Source: an uncultured Verrucomicrobiae bacterium (GTDB taxonomy: Bacteria; Verrucomicrobiota; Verrucomicrobiia; Limisphaerales; Palsa-1400). Taken from it: DNA of 64,000 nucleotides. Shown here piece by piece: positions 31,614 to 42,465 of the stretch (the first letter of the stretch is position 1; each line of letters begins with the position of its first letter). Below the pieces are notes generated by a model that was not told the DNA's origin, made no database searches, and saw nothing but the letters and a program-made list of their open reading frames with translations. The DNA is taken from contig CAVXRD010000004.1 in assembly GCA_963764165.1 (NCBI GenBank), forward strand, positions 576,001 to 640,000. The letters are read 5' to 3'. The position numbers were made by a program, and so were the translations under genes.

Positions 31614-32246
31614 CTATTCCACCAAGCGGTGCTTCATGGCGTAACGCGCCAGCTCGACATTGGACGTCAAGCCTAATTTCTTGGCGATGCGCATGCGATA
31701 CGTGCCAATGGTCTTTTCGCTCAACGAGAGTTCGGCGGCGATTTCCTTGATGGTTTGGCCATTGGCGACCTTGCGCAGCACGAGCAGTTCGCGGGCGGAA
31801 AGCGATTCGTGCGGCGTGGGCGAACCCTTGTCACCCAGTGACGCCGCCAGCTTTTCCGCCAGCGAAGCGGTCACGAACTTTCCGCCGGCCAGAACCTTCT
31901 TCGCCGCAAACACGATTTCATCCGATGCCAGGCTTTTGTCGAGATAACCGGACGCACCCAGTTTAAGGGATCGGATGGCGAATTCCTCCTCAGGATAAGC
32001 GCTCAAAACGAGCACCGGCACTGCGGGCCGCAATCGTTTCACGTCCTCCAAGACTTCCAGCCCGCTGCGGCCCGGGATGTTGACGTCCACCAAGACCAGG
32101 TCCCACTCCTGTTTCATCAGCAGTTCCAGCGCGGCGTGTGAATTATTGGCTTCGCCCACCTTCACCTCGGGAAAGGCGTCGGCAAAAACTTCTTTCAGTC
32201 CGCGCCGCACAATCTCATGGTCATCCACGATGAGTACTCGAATCAT
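31614..32246 (-). CDS. NarL/FixJ family response regulator
   Basis: VDDHEIVRRG receiver and LSARE...IAAELSLSEKTIGTYR LuxR HTH. Confidence 0.95.
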   Translation of the reverse strand: MIRVLIVDDHEIVRRGLKEVFADAFPEVKVGEANNSHAALELLMKQEWDLVLVDVNIPGRSGLEVLEDVKRLRPAVPVLVLSAYPEEEFAIRSLKLGASGYLDKSLASDEIVFAAKKVLAGGKFVTASLAEKLAASLGDKGSPTPHESLSARELLVLRKVANGQTIKEIAAELSLSEKTIGTYRMRIAKKLGLTSNVELARYAMKHRLVE

Positions 32247-34099
32247 ATAAATTCTCCGCTTATCCCAGCCGCTCCGTCGATGGGAACGCGAATCGTCACA
32301 ATGGTTCCTTGATTGGGATGACTCTCATAAGCGACCTCCCCACCCAGAAGAGCCGTGCGTTCCTTGATCCCCAAGACACCAAGCGAGCGGGGATTGGCCA
32401 TGTCAGCTTCGGTGGTTCCAATTCCGTTGTCAGAGAGCCGCAGGACGGCAAAGCCTGATTCCACGCTCAAACGGGCCTCGACTTTGGTGGCGCGCGCATG
32501 GCGCGCCACGTTGGTCAGGCATTCCTGAAAGATTCTAAAAAGGGCGGTCGAGACCTCCACCGAAAGGCTCGGCTCAGATTCCGGCACATGCACTTCGCAC
32601 GAGATCCCGGCCCGTTCCTGAAATCGCCGGCCCTCATATTGAAGGGCCGCGCCCAATCCCAGTTTGTCAAGCATCGCAGGCCGCAGGTTGGCGGCGATTT
32701 CCTGGACACTGGCGGTGATGCTGTCCACCAACCCGGTGGCGCTGACGATCGTGTCCAGAAGCGCGTTGACCGGCTGCGAGCTCCCGAGTTCTTCGATCTT
32801 TCGCTCCGCGCGAAGCAGGTCCATTCTCAATCCAGTCAGCTTTTGGCCAAGGTCATCGTGAATTTCGCGCGCAATGCGCGTAGCTTCCTCCTCCCGCACC
32901 GATTGCAGCCGAGCGGAAAGAGCGCGCAGTTGCGCATAGGAATCCCGCAGCGCGGTTTCGGCGCGCACCCGATCGGTGACATCTTCGTTGACAATAACTG
33001 CACCCACGATCTGCCCGTCCGCGTTGCGGATGGGCGCCGAAGAATTCTGGATTGTTTTCTTTTGGCCGTCGTAGGTTTCAATGTCAATCAACTCGTTCAA
33101 GGAGGTTTGGCCCTCGGAAAGGGCGCGGGCCGAAGCCCAGTCAGCCGGGGCAATCCTCTTGCCAGAGCCGTGCCAAAATGCCTTGCTCTGCGCCCATCGT
33201 TCACGGCCAATGGCGATGGTGCTTCCCCAAATGCGCTTTGTTGCCGCATTGCCGAGAACGATGTCACCCGCCTGATCGGTCACCAGCACTCCCACAGGCA
33301 ATGTGGCGAGGACCAACTCCAGGAGCTGCTGGCTCTGCCGCAGCATATCCTCCGCCCGTTTGCGTTCCGTGATGTCCTGCATGCAATTGACGGCGCCCGT
33401 CAATTCTCCCCTGGCGTTTCTCAAGAGGGAAATATTCGCGAGAGCTGTGATGCGCGACCCGTCCGGCCGCTCCACCACCATTTCCCAATCGTGAGCCGGA
33501 ACGCCCGTCCGCAGCACCTCCTCCATTTTTGAGTTCTCGTGCAGCACGCGTTTGCCATCGGGAGAAAAAAGCCGTAATGATCCGCAATAACGCTCCGATG
33601 CGCGCCCCAGCTCTGGCTCGCGCCCCCATAATTTGACGGCCTCATTGTTATAGCTTTGAATCATGCCTGACTTATCACACACAAAGACGGCGACGGGCAT
33701 CGCCTCCAACAGCCGGCGGAATTGCACTTCGCTCTGCCGCGGCGCCTCCATCCCGCTGCGCTGCGAGGCGGTCAGCCACACGACAAAAAAGGATGTGAGC
33801 GAAGCCGCAACAAACCGCGGCATCTCCATCCCCGAACGCAAATGATAAATGGGAGCGAGAAAGCAATAGTGAAATACCAGCAGGGACAGTGCGAGCGTCA
33901 GCATTCCCGGCTTGAATCCGCCAAACCTGGCACTGACAATCATGCCGCACAAAAACACCGCAAAGGGCTCAAAATTGTAATGAGCCTCCAGCAGCCCTGC
34001 CACGACGCAAGCCGCCGCCACCGACAGAATTGCCGCGCCATACCTGCAAATCGCAGACTTCGCCGTTCGCTGCTCTTGGGCGGTAAATGCTGTGGTCAT
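32243..34099 (-). CDS. Membrane sensor kinase (DUF4118-like, PAS-PAS, HisKA_3)
   Basis: Four N-terminal TM helices, two PAS domains, IAREIHDDLGQ, QECLTNVARHA, DNGIG. Confidence 0.93.
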   Translation of the reverse strand: MTTAFTAQEQRTAKSAICRYGAAILSVAAACVVAGLLEAHYNFEPFAVFLCGMIVSARFGGFKPGMLTLALSLLVFHYCFLAPIYHLRSGMEMPRFVAASLTSFFVVWLTASQRSGMEAPRQSEVQFRRLLEAMPVAVFVCDKSGMIQSYNNEAVKLWGREPELGRASERYCGSLRLFSPDGKRVLHENSKMEEVLRTGVPAHDWEMVVERPDGSRITALANISLLRNARGELTGAVNCMQDITERKRAEDMLRQSQQLLELVLATLPVGVLVTDQAGDIVLGNAATKRIWGSTIAIGRERWAQSKAFWHGSGKRIAPADWASARALSEGQTSLNELIDIETYDGQKKTIQNSSAPIRNADGQIVGAVIVNEDVTDRVRAETALRDSYAQLRALSARLQSVREEEATRIAREIHDDLGQKLTGLRMDLLRAERKIEELGSSQPVNALLDTIVSATGLVDSITASVQEIAANLRPAMLDKLGLGAALQYEGRRFQERAGISCEVHVPESEPSLSVEVSTALFRIFQECLTNVARHARATKVEARLSVESGFAVLRLSDNGIGTTEADMANPRSLGVLGIKERTALLGGEVAYESHPNQGTIVTIRVPIDGAAGISGEFI

Positions 34100-34433
34100 G
34101 ATATCATCTTTTGCGGGCTGAACGTGTTTCGCAGACGCGGACAGGCGGTTTCAGGGGTGACGCCGCTTATATTGGTTTTCCGAGAGTTTATTTAATTCCT
34201 TCTGGAACATCCAGCCCGAATCTGAGATCTGCTTGCGTCTCTTTTCCTGACTTCGGTCGTTCCAGATTCAATTTTCCCAAATATCTCTTCAAGAACCGCG
34301 CCAAAAAACCCCCTGCAGGTTTTCGTTTTCGCGACGGATGCGCAAAAACTGCATCCATGACTGCAAAATGTCGTCATTAGCCAAACCTTTTCCTTGCCTT
34401 TTCCATTCTGCCAACGACAATACATCCCCTTTT

Positions 34434-35312
34434 ATGGATGCTGAAACGCAATCAACAGAGTTGTTCGTTCGGGTGCTCGAGTGGCTGCATGCTCGACGCA
34501 AAATGATCATTGCCGCCACCGTGGTCGTGGTGCTCATTGGCGTCATCATCGCTTTCATGTCTTGGAAGAAAAGCCAGGACGAGGCCAACGCCAATGAGGA
34601 TTTGCTGAACGTGCCGCTTCAATTGGTGCGCCCGGCTCCCATTTCGCCCAAGTCCTTGCTCGATATCGCCAACAACTATCCCAGCACACCCAGTGGCGAA
34701 TACGGGCGCTTGCTGGGCGCAACCGCCCTTTTCACGCAGGCGAAATACCCGGAAGCCTACAAGGAATTCACCGACTTTCTCAACACCTATCCTGACTCGC
34801 CTTTGGCGCCCCAGGCCAAGGTCGGCGTGGCCGCTTCCCTGGAAGCGCAGGGGAAAATCACGGAGGCGGAAAATAAATATCACGATATCATCCTGACCTC
34901 CAGCGAGCCCAATATCGTTTCGCCAGCCAAGCTCACGCTGGCCCGCCTTTACGAAGAGAACGGCCAGCCGCAGCAGGCGTTTAATTACTATGTGGAATTG
35001 GCCCGCGGCGCCGCCCAGAACCAGGGCGATCCGTGGGCTGTCGAGGCCCAGGAGCGCGCGCGTTTGCTCGTGTCCAAGCATCCCGAGGTCGCAAAGGCCC
35101 TGCAGGACGCGGCCGCGAAAGCCGCGCAGAGTCCGGCGGCCGGTTTTACTTTAGGCACGCCAACACAACCAGGCCCGTCTGGAACGACTGCGGCCCCGGC
35201 GCCGTCTCCCGCTCGCCCATCGAACGCGCCGGGGAGCGCGCCTGGCGGCCAGGCGCCGACTTTGATGAACATCCCGAGCGCTTCGAACACGAACGCAACC
35301 AAACCGAAATGA
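34434..35312 (+). CDS. Membrane-anchored TPR protein (YfgM-like) with Pro/Ala-rich tail
   Basis: Single TM helix, YPDSPLAPQA TPR pattern. Start moved to ATG 34434. Confidence 0.8.
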   Translation: MDAETQSTELFVRVLEWLHARRKMIIAATVVVVLIGVIIAFMSWKKSQDEANANEDLLNVPLQLVRPAPISPKSLLDIANNYPSTPSGEYGRLLGATALFTQAKYPEAYKEFTDFLNTYPDSPLAPQAKVGVAASLEAQGKITEAENKYHDIILTSSEPNIVSPAKLTLARLYEENGQPQQAFNYYVELARGAAQNQGDPWAVEAQERARLLVSKHPEVAKALQDAAAKAAQSPAAGFTLGTPTQPGPSGTTAAPAPSPARPSNAPGSAPGGQAPTLMNIPSASNTNATKPK

Positions 35313-36607
35313 AACTGACAATTATTGGCACCGGCTACGTAGGACTAGTCTCAGGCACCTGTTTTGCAGAGGGCGGCCACGAAGTCATCTGTGTCGATCG
35401 CGACGCGGAAAAAGTCAAAATGCTGCAAGCCGGCGGAATGCCGATTTACGAGCCCGGCCTCGCGGAACTAGTCAAGAAAAACGCCGCCGCCGGTCGCCTG
35501 CGCTTCACCGCCAGCACCCAGGAAGGTGTGGACAAATCGGACGTGATATTCATCGCGGTCCCGACGCCGCCGCAGCCGGATGGCGCGGTGGATTTGAGCT
35601 TCATCGAGGGCGTTTCCCGGGAGATTGCGGGCGCGATGACGGCATATAAAATTATAGTTGACAAGAGCACGGTGCCCGTCAAAACCGGCGAAAAAGTCAC
35701 CGAGACCATCAAACGCTACTGCAAGGCGAAGGTGGATTTCGATGTCGTCAGCAATCCCGAATTTCTGCGCGAAGGTTTTGCGGTGGATGATTTCATGAAG
35801 CCCGACCGCGTCGTCATCGGCGTCCTCTCGCCCCGCCCCGTCGCGGCGATGAAAGAGATTTACGCTCCTTACAATGCACCCGTCATTGTGACGGATATCA
35901 ATTCGGCTGAGTTGATCAAACACGCGGCGAATTCCTTCCTCGCGTTGAAAATTTCTTACATCAACGCAGTCTCCGTGATCTGCGAACTGTCCGGCGCGAA
36001 CGTCCAGGAAGTGGCCCTCGGCATGGGCATGGATGCGCGCATCGGCCGGCGGTTTCTTGATGCGTCGCTCGGCTTTGGCGGGAGCTGCTTCCCCAAGGAT
36101 CTGAGCGCCTTCATTCATATTTCCGAATCGATGGGCTATGATTTCGGCCTCCTCAAACAGGTGCAGCACATCAACACCTCGCAGATGGAGCGCTTCGTCA
36201 AAAAAATCACGGACACGCTTTGGGTCGTCAAAGGCAAAACCCTCGGCGTGCTGGGATTGGCGTTCAAGCAGAACACTGATGACGTCCGCACTTCGCCGGC
36301 GATTGATTTGTGCCAGCGGCTCGAAAAGGAAGGCGCCAAATTGCGCGTTTACGATCCGCAGGCGATGGAAAAAGCCAAGCCGCTCCTGCCCAAGGCCACC
36401 TACGTCAATGACATGGACGAAGTCGCCGAAGGCTGCGATGCGCTCATCATCGCCACCGAGTGGCCGCAATTCAAAAAGCTCGACCTGGATCGAGTCAAGA
36501 AGAACTTGGCCCATCCGATTATTTTCGACGGGCGCAATTTATTTGACGTCACGGAAATGGAGCACCTGGGTTTCCTCTACAAGAGCATCGGCCGCGGCAA
36601 GGCCTGA
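35309..36607 (+). CDS. ugd: UDP-glucose/GDP-mannose 6-dehydrogenase
   Basis: IGTGYVGL, KSTVPV, SNPEFLREG, GFGGSCFPKD, DGRN. ATG 35309 overlaps the upstream stop. Confidence 0.96.
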   Translation: MKLTIIGTGYVGLVSGTCFAEGGHEVICVDRDAEKVKMLQAGGMPIYEPGLAELVKKNAAAGRLRFTASTQEGVDKSDVIFIAVPTPPQPDGAVDLSFIEGVSREIAGAMTAYKIIVDKSTVPVKTGEKVTETIKRYCKAKVDFDVVSNPEFLREGFAVDDFMKPDRVVIGVLSPRPVAAMKEIYAPYNAPVIVTDINSAELIKHAANSFLALKISYINAVSVICELSGANVQEVALGMGMDARIGRRFLDASLGFGGSCFPKDLSAFIHISESMGYDFGLLKQVQHINTSQMERFVKKITDTLWVVKGKTLGVLGLAFKQNTDDVRTSPAIDLCQRLEKEGAKLRVYDPQAMEKAKPLLPKATYVNDMDEVAEGCDALIIATEWPQFKKLDLDRVKKNLAHPIIFDGRNLFDVTEMEHLGFLYKSIGRGKA

Positions 36608-36627
36608 CGGCCGGCGCCACAGTTGCC

Positions 36628-37068
36628 ATGGACGACTCGGGCAGCGCGGGACGGCGTCCCATCGAAGTCGCGGCCGGCGTGGTTTTCCGCGATGGCAAAC
36701 TGCTCATCACGCTCCGCCTCCCCGGCGCCCACTTGGGCGGCTTGTGGGAATTCCCCGGGGGCAAACGCGAGCCGGGCGAATCGTTCCAAGCATGCCTGCG
36801 CCGGGAACTGGCGGAAGAGCTTGGCATTGAAGTCGAAGTTCATGAGGTGATCGAGGAGTTGACGCACGACTACCCGGATCGAACCGTCCTGCTGAAGTTC
36901 TTCCGCTGCCGCTGGCTGCGCCACGAACCGCAGGCGATTCTCTGCCATGACTTCGCCTGGATTGAGGCCGCCCAGTTGTCAGACTATGCCTTCCCCGACG
37001 CCGACGCTCGATTGCTTGACAAGATCCGCCACGATTGGGAGCGGTTGGCCACCTTTTCGGCCGGGTGA
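36628..37068 (+). CDS. mutT: MutT-like NUDIX hydrolase
   Basis: WEFPGGKREPGESFQACLRRELAEELGI Nudix box, FPDAD. Confidence 0.9.
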   Translation: MDDSGSAGRRPIEVAAGVVFRDGKLLITLRLPGAHLGGLWEFPGGKREPGESFQACLRRELAEELGIEVEVHEVIEELTHDYPDRTVLLKFFRCRWLRHEPQAILCHDFAWIEAAQLSDYAFPDADARLLDKIRHDWERLATFSAG

Positions 37069-37247
37069 GACTCTTGGGAGGCGGAACTTCCGTCGAACCC
37101 AGTATAGATTTTTTCAATCGGCGAGCGGATATCTTTCCGATCTCATGAAAGCGTGATCAGGGCTCGTCCAGAGTGTCGCCCTACCGGAAGCGTAAATATC
37201 CAGCGCGAGTCGCAAAGTTGGTGTATAATACAGCGGGACTTAACCGC

Positions 37248-40200
37248 ATGTTTCGGTTTTACATTCGTTCATGGAGGAGGGTAGGTGTAGCGCTTGCGGC
37301 TGTCGCCATGGAGTGGAATGTACACGCGGCGAATGTGCTTCTCAGTTCGTTTCAAGCCGGCAGCGGAGATTGGCAATTGGGGGCGCCGACGGTCGGGAAT
37401 ATTGACAACACGCCGGACTTGGAAATCATCGTCCCCTACCGCACGACCAGCGGGCAGTGGTTTCTTGACGCTTTTAAATGGAACGGCACGGAACTGCCCG
37501 GATTCCCATGGTCGGACAGCAGCAACAGCGTGATCAACACCTCTCCGACACTTTATGACATCAATGGCGACGGGACGAACGAGATTATTTTCACGTGCGG
37601 CACGAAAGTAATCGCGTTGAATGGCAAAGGAACCGTTGTTTGGTCCAGCAACGTGGATCGTGGAAATTACATTCCCAACGGTGGCTTTCAAGTCCCCACC
37701 AATGGCTTTTATTGGTATCCCACGTATCTGTGGCTGCAGAATCTTCCGGTCACTTCCATTTTTTATTCGCAGGTTTCGCCGCCGATGATTGCCGACCTTG
37801 CGAACTCCGGACACAAGGAAGTCATCACCGCCTGGAAAATCAATCCGGACAGCACCGGAGGCGGGCAGGATTTCAATCCGTTCATCAGCCAGATTTGGGG
37901 CTCCGGCGAATGGGGCACGATGGGCGAGACGTGGTCGGGCGGGGTGGTCTTTCACAACGCCGCCACGGGCGCGCAGGATTATGTTTATCACATCGAGCAG
38001 CTTGTTGAATCCGGCCTGGCCCTTGGCCACGCCACCACCAACGTTCCGACGGATGTCTACGTCTTGAACGACAGCGACAGCGTGGCCGCCTTCGACAAAT
38101 CCCAGCCCAACGGCCTTTGGGGCCGCGGCACGCTGCAAGGGATGTTTGGCAAGAACCAGCAACTGATGAGCGGCTCTTATGAATTGCCGGTGGACGTCTA
38201 CACCGCGGACGTCAAGGGAGACGGCCTGTCCGAAGTTCTCGTGCCGATGACGCGCGTGCCAAGCTATCATCAACCCGGCGACACGATTCTCGATAACGAT
38301 GGCGCAATCCTTTGGCGAGAGTGGCGGCAAAGCACAAATTACAATAACGTCCACGGGTGGCTCAACAGCGCCAGCATGATCCCAGTCAATCCGGACCACG
38401 ACAATCACATTGACGTGCTCACGTTCGCGCAGTCGTTTGAGATAGATTACAGCTATTGGAACGGGATTGCGCTGGTGGACCATCCAGGCTGGCCGATTGA
38501 TTTTTATCCTGGCCTTCCCACGCCGCCAGTGGTGGGCGATGTCGACGGCGACGGCCAACAAGAAATCATCATCGGCACCTACGATCCCACCGTCTATCCT
38601 TCGAGTGGGAATTTGTATGTCTTCGCGCTGGACGGAACACAGAAACAGGTCATCCCTGTGCCCGGCGGCGTCAAACAAATTCCGTCACTGGCGGATGTCA
38701 ACAATGACGGCTCGCTGGACGTGATTTATCGCTCAACGCTGGGTGTGGTTTACGTGCAGAATTTCGGCGCGACCAATGCCACGAATGTTTCCTGGGCCAC
38801 TCACCGCGCCAACGCGCAGCACGATGGCAATTACCAGGTCTCGCTGTTTCCCCCGGGCACGCCATTCATCACGAGCAAAGCGGGCGGCTTCCGCAAAGCG
38901 ATGTTTAGCTGGGGTGGCCCGGCGACGAATACCGCAGCGGAATACCGAATCTATCGCGCGACGACCGCGAACGGCCCGTTCACGCGTCTCCTCACGCTTC
39001 CTTCAACCACCAGGTCTTACACCGACGGCGGGCTGGTGGAGGGCTGGCAGTATTTTTATGAAGTCGGCGCATTGCAGAACGGGCAGGAAGTTCTCTCATC
39101 CCCCTTCGCCGTGCTCTCGATGTTAAACAGCAACCTTCTGGCCAACGGCGGCATGGAGGAAAATGACAACAGCCATTGGGACAAATGGTTCACCGGCGAC
39201 ATCAACTGGAGCAACATGATTGGCAACACCAACGTGTTTTACGAAGGCCAGCAATCGATGGAAATCATCCTCAACACCAATGGCACGGACGGCACCATCA
39301 GCCAGTTCAACCAATATGGAATACCCGACAGCGTTTTCTACACGACACCCGGCGTGCTCTACAGCTTTGGCGGCTTCCTGCGCAGCGGCGGATTGACGCA
39401 GTCCACCGAACAGTGGTTTGAGTGGGCTTCGACACCAACCGCGGTGAACACCAATGCGCCCCCCAGCCTGCCCTATCCAAATTATTACACGCCGCACTTC
39501 GTCACCGGGACGGCGCCCAGCGGATGGGTCTATGAAAATCGCGCCTTCATCATGCCCGCGGGCTTTCCGAATGCCCAATTTTGGCAGCGCTATTCAGTAA
39601 ACAGTCCGGTGAGCGGCTCCATGTATATTGACAACGCCTTTTTCAGGCCACTGCCGCCGCCCTCCAGCGCCGGGTGGAATGAGGTGCTCCCGTTTGGCTC
39701 GCAATGGCGCTACTGGCTACTTGCCGCGCCGCCCAATTGGTATGCGCCGGGATTCAACGATTCGTTATGGCCCCAAGGAAAAGCGAAGATAGGCGCAGGA
39801 ACCGGGCCGCAAAACATCAACACCTACGTCACACCATTCCTGCCCGCCTACTATTTTCGGACGACGTTTACGCTGGCCAGCACGAACATCGAAGAATTCT
39901 TATTGTCAGCGACCTGCACGCAAAACCCCGCGGGGCCTTCGATGCAGATTTATCTCAACGGCCAGCTTGTTCCCGCCACGGACATCGGCGCGGTTTCTGC
40001 CCAAGGAAATCAAGTGCTCTACTTCGACCTCGCCCCGTTCATCGGGCTTTTGCAGCCCGGCACGAACCTCATCGCGGCGGTGCTCAACAATTACACGCTC
40101 CTGGCTTACGATGACGTGGCATTCGATCTCGATTTGAAAGTGATGCCCGGCGTGACGCCAAACATCGGTGCCCAGATTCTTTCCGCGACGCCTGACGCAA

Positions 40201-40409
40201 CCGGCGTGAACCTTCTGGTGCAAGCTCCACAAAACTCGGTTTGGGCTGTGCAGTCCCAAGACAACGTCAGCGAATCCCAGCCCTGGCAATTGGTCCAGAG
40301 TTTCACCAACGGAAATTCCACCACGATCACCATCCGCGACACTGGGCAGAATGGCAGGCCGCCACCGCAGTCAATTCCGTCGCGCTTTTACCGCGTTATT
40401 CCTTACTAA
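37248..40409 (+). CDS. Large secreted FG-GAP/VCBS-repeat protein with Fn3-like and CBM-like domains
   Basis: DINGDGTNEII, GDVDGDGQQEII and ADVNNDGSLDVI repeats; YRIYR..YTD..YFY Fn3 pattern; NLLANGGME; C-terminal RFYRV. TATAAT at 37224 supports ATG 37248. Confidence 0.88.
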   Translation: MFRFYIRSWRRVGVALAAVAMEWNVHAANVLLSSFQAGSGDWQLGAPTVGNIDNTPDLEIIVPYRTTSGQWFLDAFKWNGTELPGFPWSDSSNSVINTSPTLYDINGDGTNEIIFTCGTKVIALNGKGTVVWSSNVDRGNYIPNGGFQVPTNGFYWYPTYLWLQNLPVTSIFYSQVSPPMIADLANSGHKEVITAWKINPDSTGGGQDFNPFISQIWGSGEWGTMGETWSGGVVFHNAATGAQDYVYHIEQLVESGLALGHATTNVPTDVYVLNDSDSVAAFDKSQPNGLWGRGTLQGMFGKNQQLMSGSYELPVDVYTADVKGDGLSEVLVPMTRVPSYHQPGDTILDNDGAILWREWRQSTNYNNVHGWLNSASMIPVNPDHDNHIDVLTFAQSFEIDYSYWNGIALVDHPGWPIDFYPGLPTPPVVGDVDGDGQQEIIIGTYDPTVYPSSGNLYVFALDGTQKQVIPVPGGVKQIPSLADVNNDGSLDVIYRSTLGVVYVQNFGATNATNVSWATHRANAQHDGNYQVSLFPPGTPFITSKAGGFRKAMFSWGGPATNTAAEYRIYRATTANGPFTRLLTLPSTTRSYTDGGLVEGWQYFYEVGALQNGQEVLSSPFAVLSMLNSNLLANGGMEENDNSHWDKWFTGDINWSNMIGNTNVFYEGQQSMEIILNTNGTDGTISQFNQYGIPDSVFYTTPGVLYSFGGFLRSGGLTQSTEQWFEWASTPTAVNTNAPPSLPYPNYYTPHFVTGTAPSGWVYENRAFIMPAGFPNAQFWQRYSVNSPVSGSMYIDNAFFRPLPPPSSAGWNEVLPFGSQWRYWLLAAPPNWYAPGFNDSLWPQGKAKIGAGTGPQNINTYVTPFLPAYYFRTTFTLASTNIEEFLLSATCTQNPAGPSMQIYLNGQLVPATDIGAVSAQGNQVLYFDLAPFIGLLQPGTNLIAAVLNNYTLLAYDDVAFDLDLKVMPGVTPNIGAQILSATPDATGVNLLVQAPQNSVWAVQSQDNVSESQPWQLVQSFTNGNSTTITIRDTGQNGRPPPQSIPSRFYRVIPY

Positions 40410-40468
40410 CTCCGCTTCGAGCGAGCACTTGATTTTATCACAGAGTGGCCCACGGTTGAACCGCTTTT

Positions 40469-40666
40469 ATGGCACAAACGCCAAAGAATAGACCGCCTTT
40501 AGTGCGGGTATGTCCTGTTTGCAAGGGGACCGGATTAGATAAGGAATCGCACCGGAGATATACCACTGGTGGCCACGATGACCGCACTTGCAAGCGGTGC
40601 AATGGAGAATGCGTCATTGATGATCAGGATGACCCCGGCAAGTTGAACTCCCGCAAATCTGGATAG
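40469..40666 (+). CDS. Small DnaJ-type zinc-finger protein
   Basis: CPVCKGTG and CKRCNGEC motifs in 65 aa. Confidence 0.7.
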   Translation: MAQTPKNRPPLVRVCPVCKGTGLDKESHRRYTTGGHDDRTCKRCNGECVIDDQDDPGKLNSRKSG

Positions 40667-40741
40667 TCAAAGCAGCCCACCCACCGACTGCCGTCCGGAT
40701 TCATTGCGACGAAGGAGCGATGGCACTATAATGGCACCGTA

Positions 40742-42418
40742 ATGAGGCGGCTGACCATTCAAATTTCGTTCCTCCTGCTCCTCGCCTTTGGGGCGACAGC
40801 GCAGCCGTCGCTGGACTTTTTCACGAACAAGGCGAGCGCGCTGCTCCAAGCTGTATATGGTTTTGGCGTGACGAACATTCCCATCTACTCACCCACGGAC
40901 ACCAACGTCGGTTATACATCTTCAATCCATTATCTGCTCCAATCGGCAGCCAATCTTTACGACGCTGGCACACCGGCCACAAATTTCCCGTCCGTTTTTC
41001 GGCCGCTGTTTGGATGGAACAGCAATACCTTGGAAATCGTCGGCTACACGAATGTGACCACCGGTTTCTTCCCGCAAATCAGCTCAGGATTCAAAGCCCT
41101 CGGCGATTCGACGATTACCACAAACGACAATGTTTGGGGAATCCCGTGGGTTGTCGGCATGAAGAACGACCCACCGGCCTTCAGCGGCTTTGCCTATCTT
41201 ACTGAGGTTCTCGCTGAGCGGCAACTGTTGTTCCAGCGCGCTACCAACGCAAACGGGGCGCCAAACACAAACATTCCACCGCAGTACACGAATCAGTTTT
41301 TTATAATGACGATTTCGAACTCCTTCGGATTGAAGGCTTGGAATTTCAACAGATCCGCATACACGAATCCAGTCACGATTCTGGTCACGAATCAAATTTT
41401 CGTGACACTGACGAATAATTATAATTGGGGCTCCGTTTATTCGGTGTCAATTGGAACGAATGAACCGATTGATTCATGGCAAGGCTGGAGCGGCAGCCAA
41501 AGTGATGGGAGTTTCTTGGTTCCAATTATAACAAACATCACTGCACTTCCGCAGTCGTATTGGTCGGAGAATCAGAGAACGATGATTGCGCTCCCGGAGG
41601 GCGTCGCAGCTTCAAACGGGTTTTCCGCGACCGACCTTTACCAAACCGGGTGGCCAGTGCATCAGTGGACCGTTGCCGTCACAAATAATCTCGTCTACGC
41701 ATTGGTCGATGATAACTCGGGAGCCGTATTGGATTTTGTGAATCTTGGCGGATTTGGAAAGCTCTTTCCGATTACAACCCTGCTCCAAAACGCACCGCCA
41801 GGGGGAGTCTTTGGAGGCGGAGGCGTGCCATCTGGTGATTATTGGGAAATTGGAGCCGCAACGGAAGCGCCCAATTCACCAATTTCGACTGGAGTTCTAT
41901 ACCAGATCCAGCAAAGCCTCACAAACCAGTATTTTTTAAGCGCCCTGCGCGGCGTGCCGTACAGCGCGGCGAACGCGCCTGACTATCCCGGCCCTCTCTT
42001 CGGTTGCCCGTTTCAGGCGAACATCTCTATCCTGCAAACTTGCAAATGGGCCTCCGCCAATCCTCGGGTTCATTATACCATTTCAGATTTGGCAAATGTG
42101 TTAAACAACCTATTTGAGTATTCCGCGCCCTCGCCATTCGCGCTGACACCTTCATCCTACGCCGGTATCAATACCTATTATAATTCCGGCGCACCGACAG
42201 CCGAGATGGCGCTCCCTGACGGTGCGGCTCTCCAGCTTACGTTTACCGGCTCGACGAATATGCCTTACGTCGTATGGGAATCGCCTGACCTCATCAATTG
42301 GACCCCGACCGCAGTCGCAATGCAAGTCCGGCCAACTTTCGGACTAAGCTCATTTCAATTCAGCGCCATGATAAATACGAATTTACCGGCGCTTTTTTAT
42401 CAAATTCGGCAGCCGTGA
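40742..42418 (+). CDS. Secreted Thr/Asn-rich hypothetical protein
   Basis: Signal peptide, C-terminal SPDLINW...LFYQI; TATAAT at 40726. Confidence 0.85.
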   Translation: MRRLTIQISFLLLLAFGATAQPSLDFFTNKASALLQAVYGFGVTNIPIYSPTDTNVGYTSSIHYLLQSAANLYDAGTPATNFPSVFRPLFGWNSNTLEIVGYTNVTTGFFPQISSGFKALGDSTITTNDNVWGIPWVVGMKNDPPAFSGFAYLTEVLAERQLLFQRATNANGAPNTNIPPQYTNQFFIMTISNSFGLKAWNFNRSAYTNPVTILVTNQIFVTLTNNYNWGSVYSVSIGTNEPIDSWQGWSGSQSDGSFLVPIITNITALPQSYWSENQRTMIALPEGVAASNGFSATDLYQTGWPVHQWTVAVTNNLVYALVDDNSGAVLDFVNLGGFGKLFPITTLLQNAPPGGVFGGGGVPSGDYWEIGAATEAPNSPISTGVLYQIQQSLTNQYFLSALRGVPYSAANAPDYPGPLFGCPFQANISILQTCKWASANPRVHYTISDLANVLNNLFEYSAPSPFALTPSSYAGINTYYNSGAPTAEMALPDGAALQLTFTGSTNMPYVVWESPDLINWTPTAVAMQVRPTFGLSSFQFSAMINTNLPALFYQIRQP

Positions 42419-42465
42419 GCATTACGGCGTTGCCTTCGCGGGTGCGGAGTTGAGATACTGAGAAT

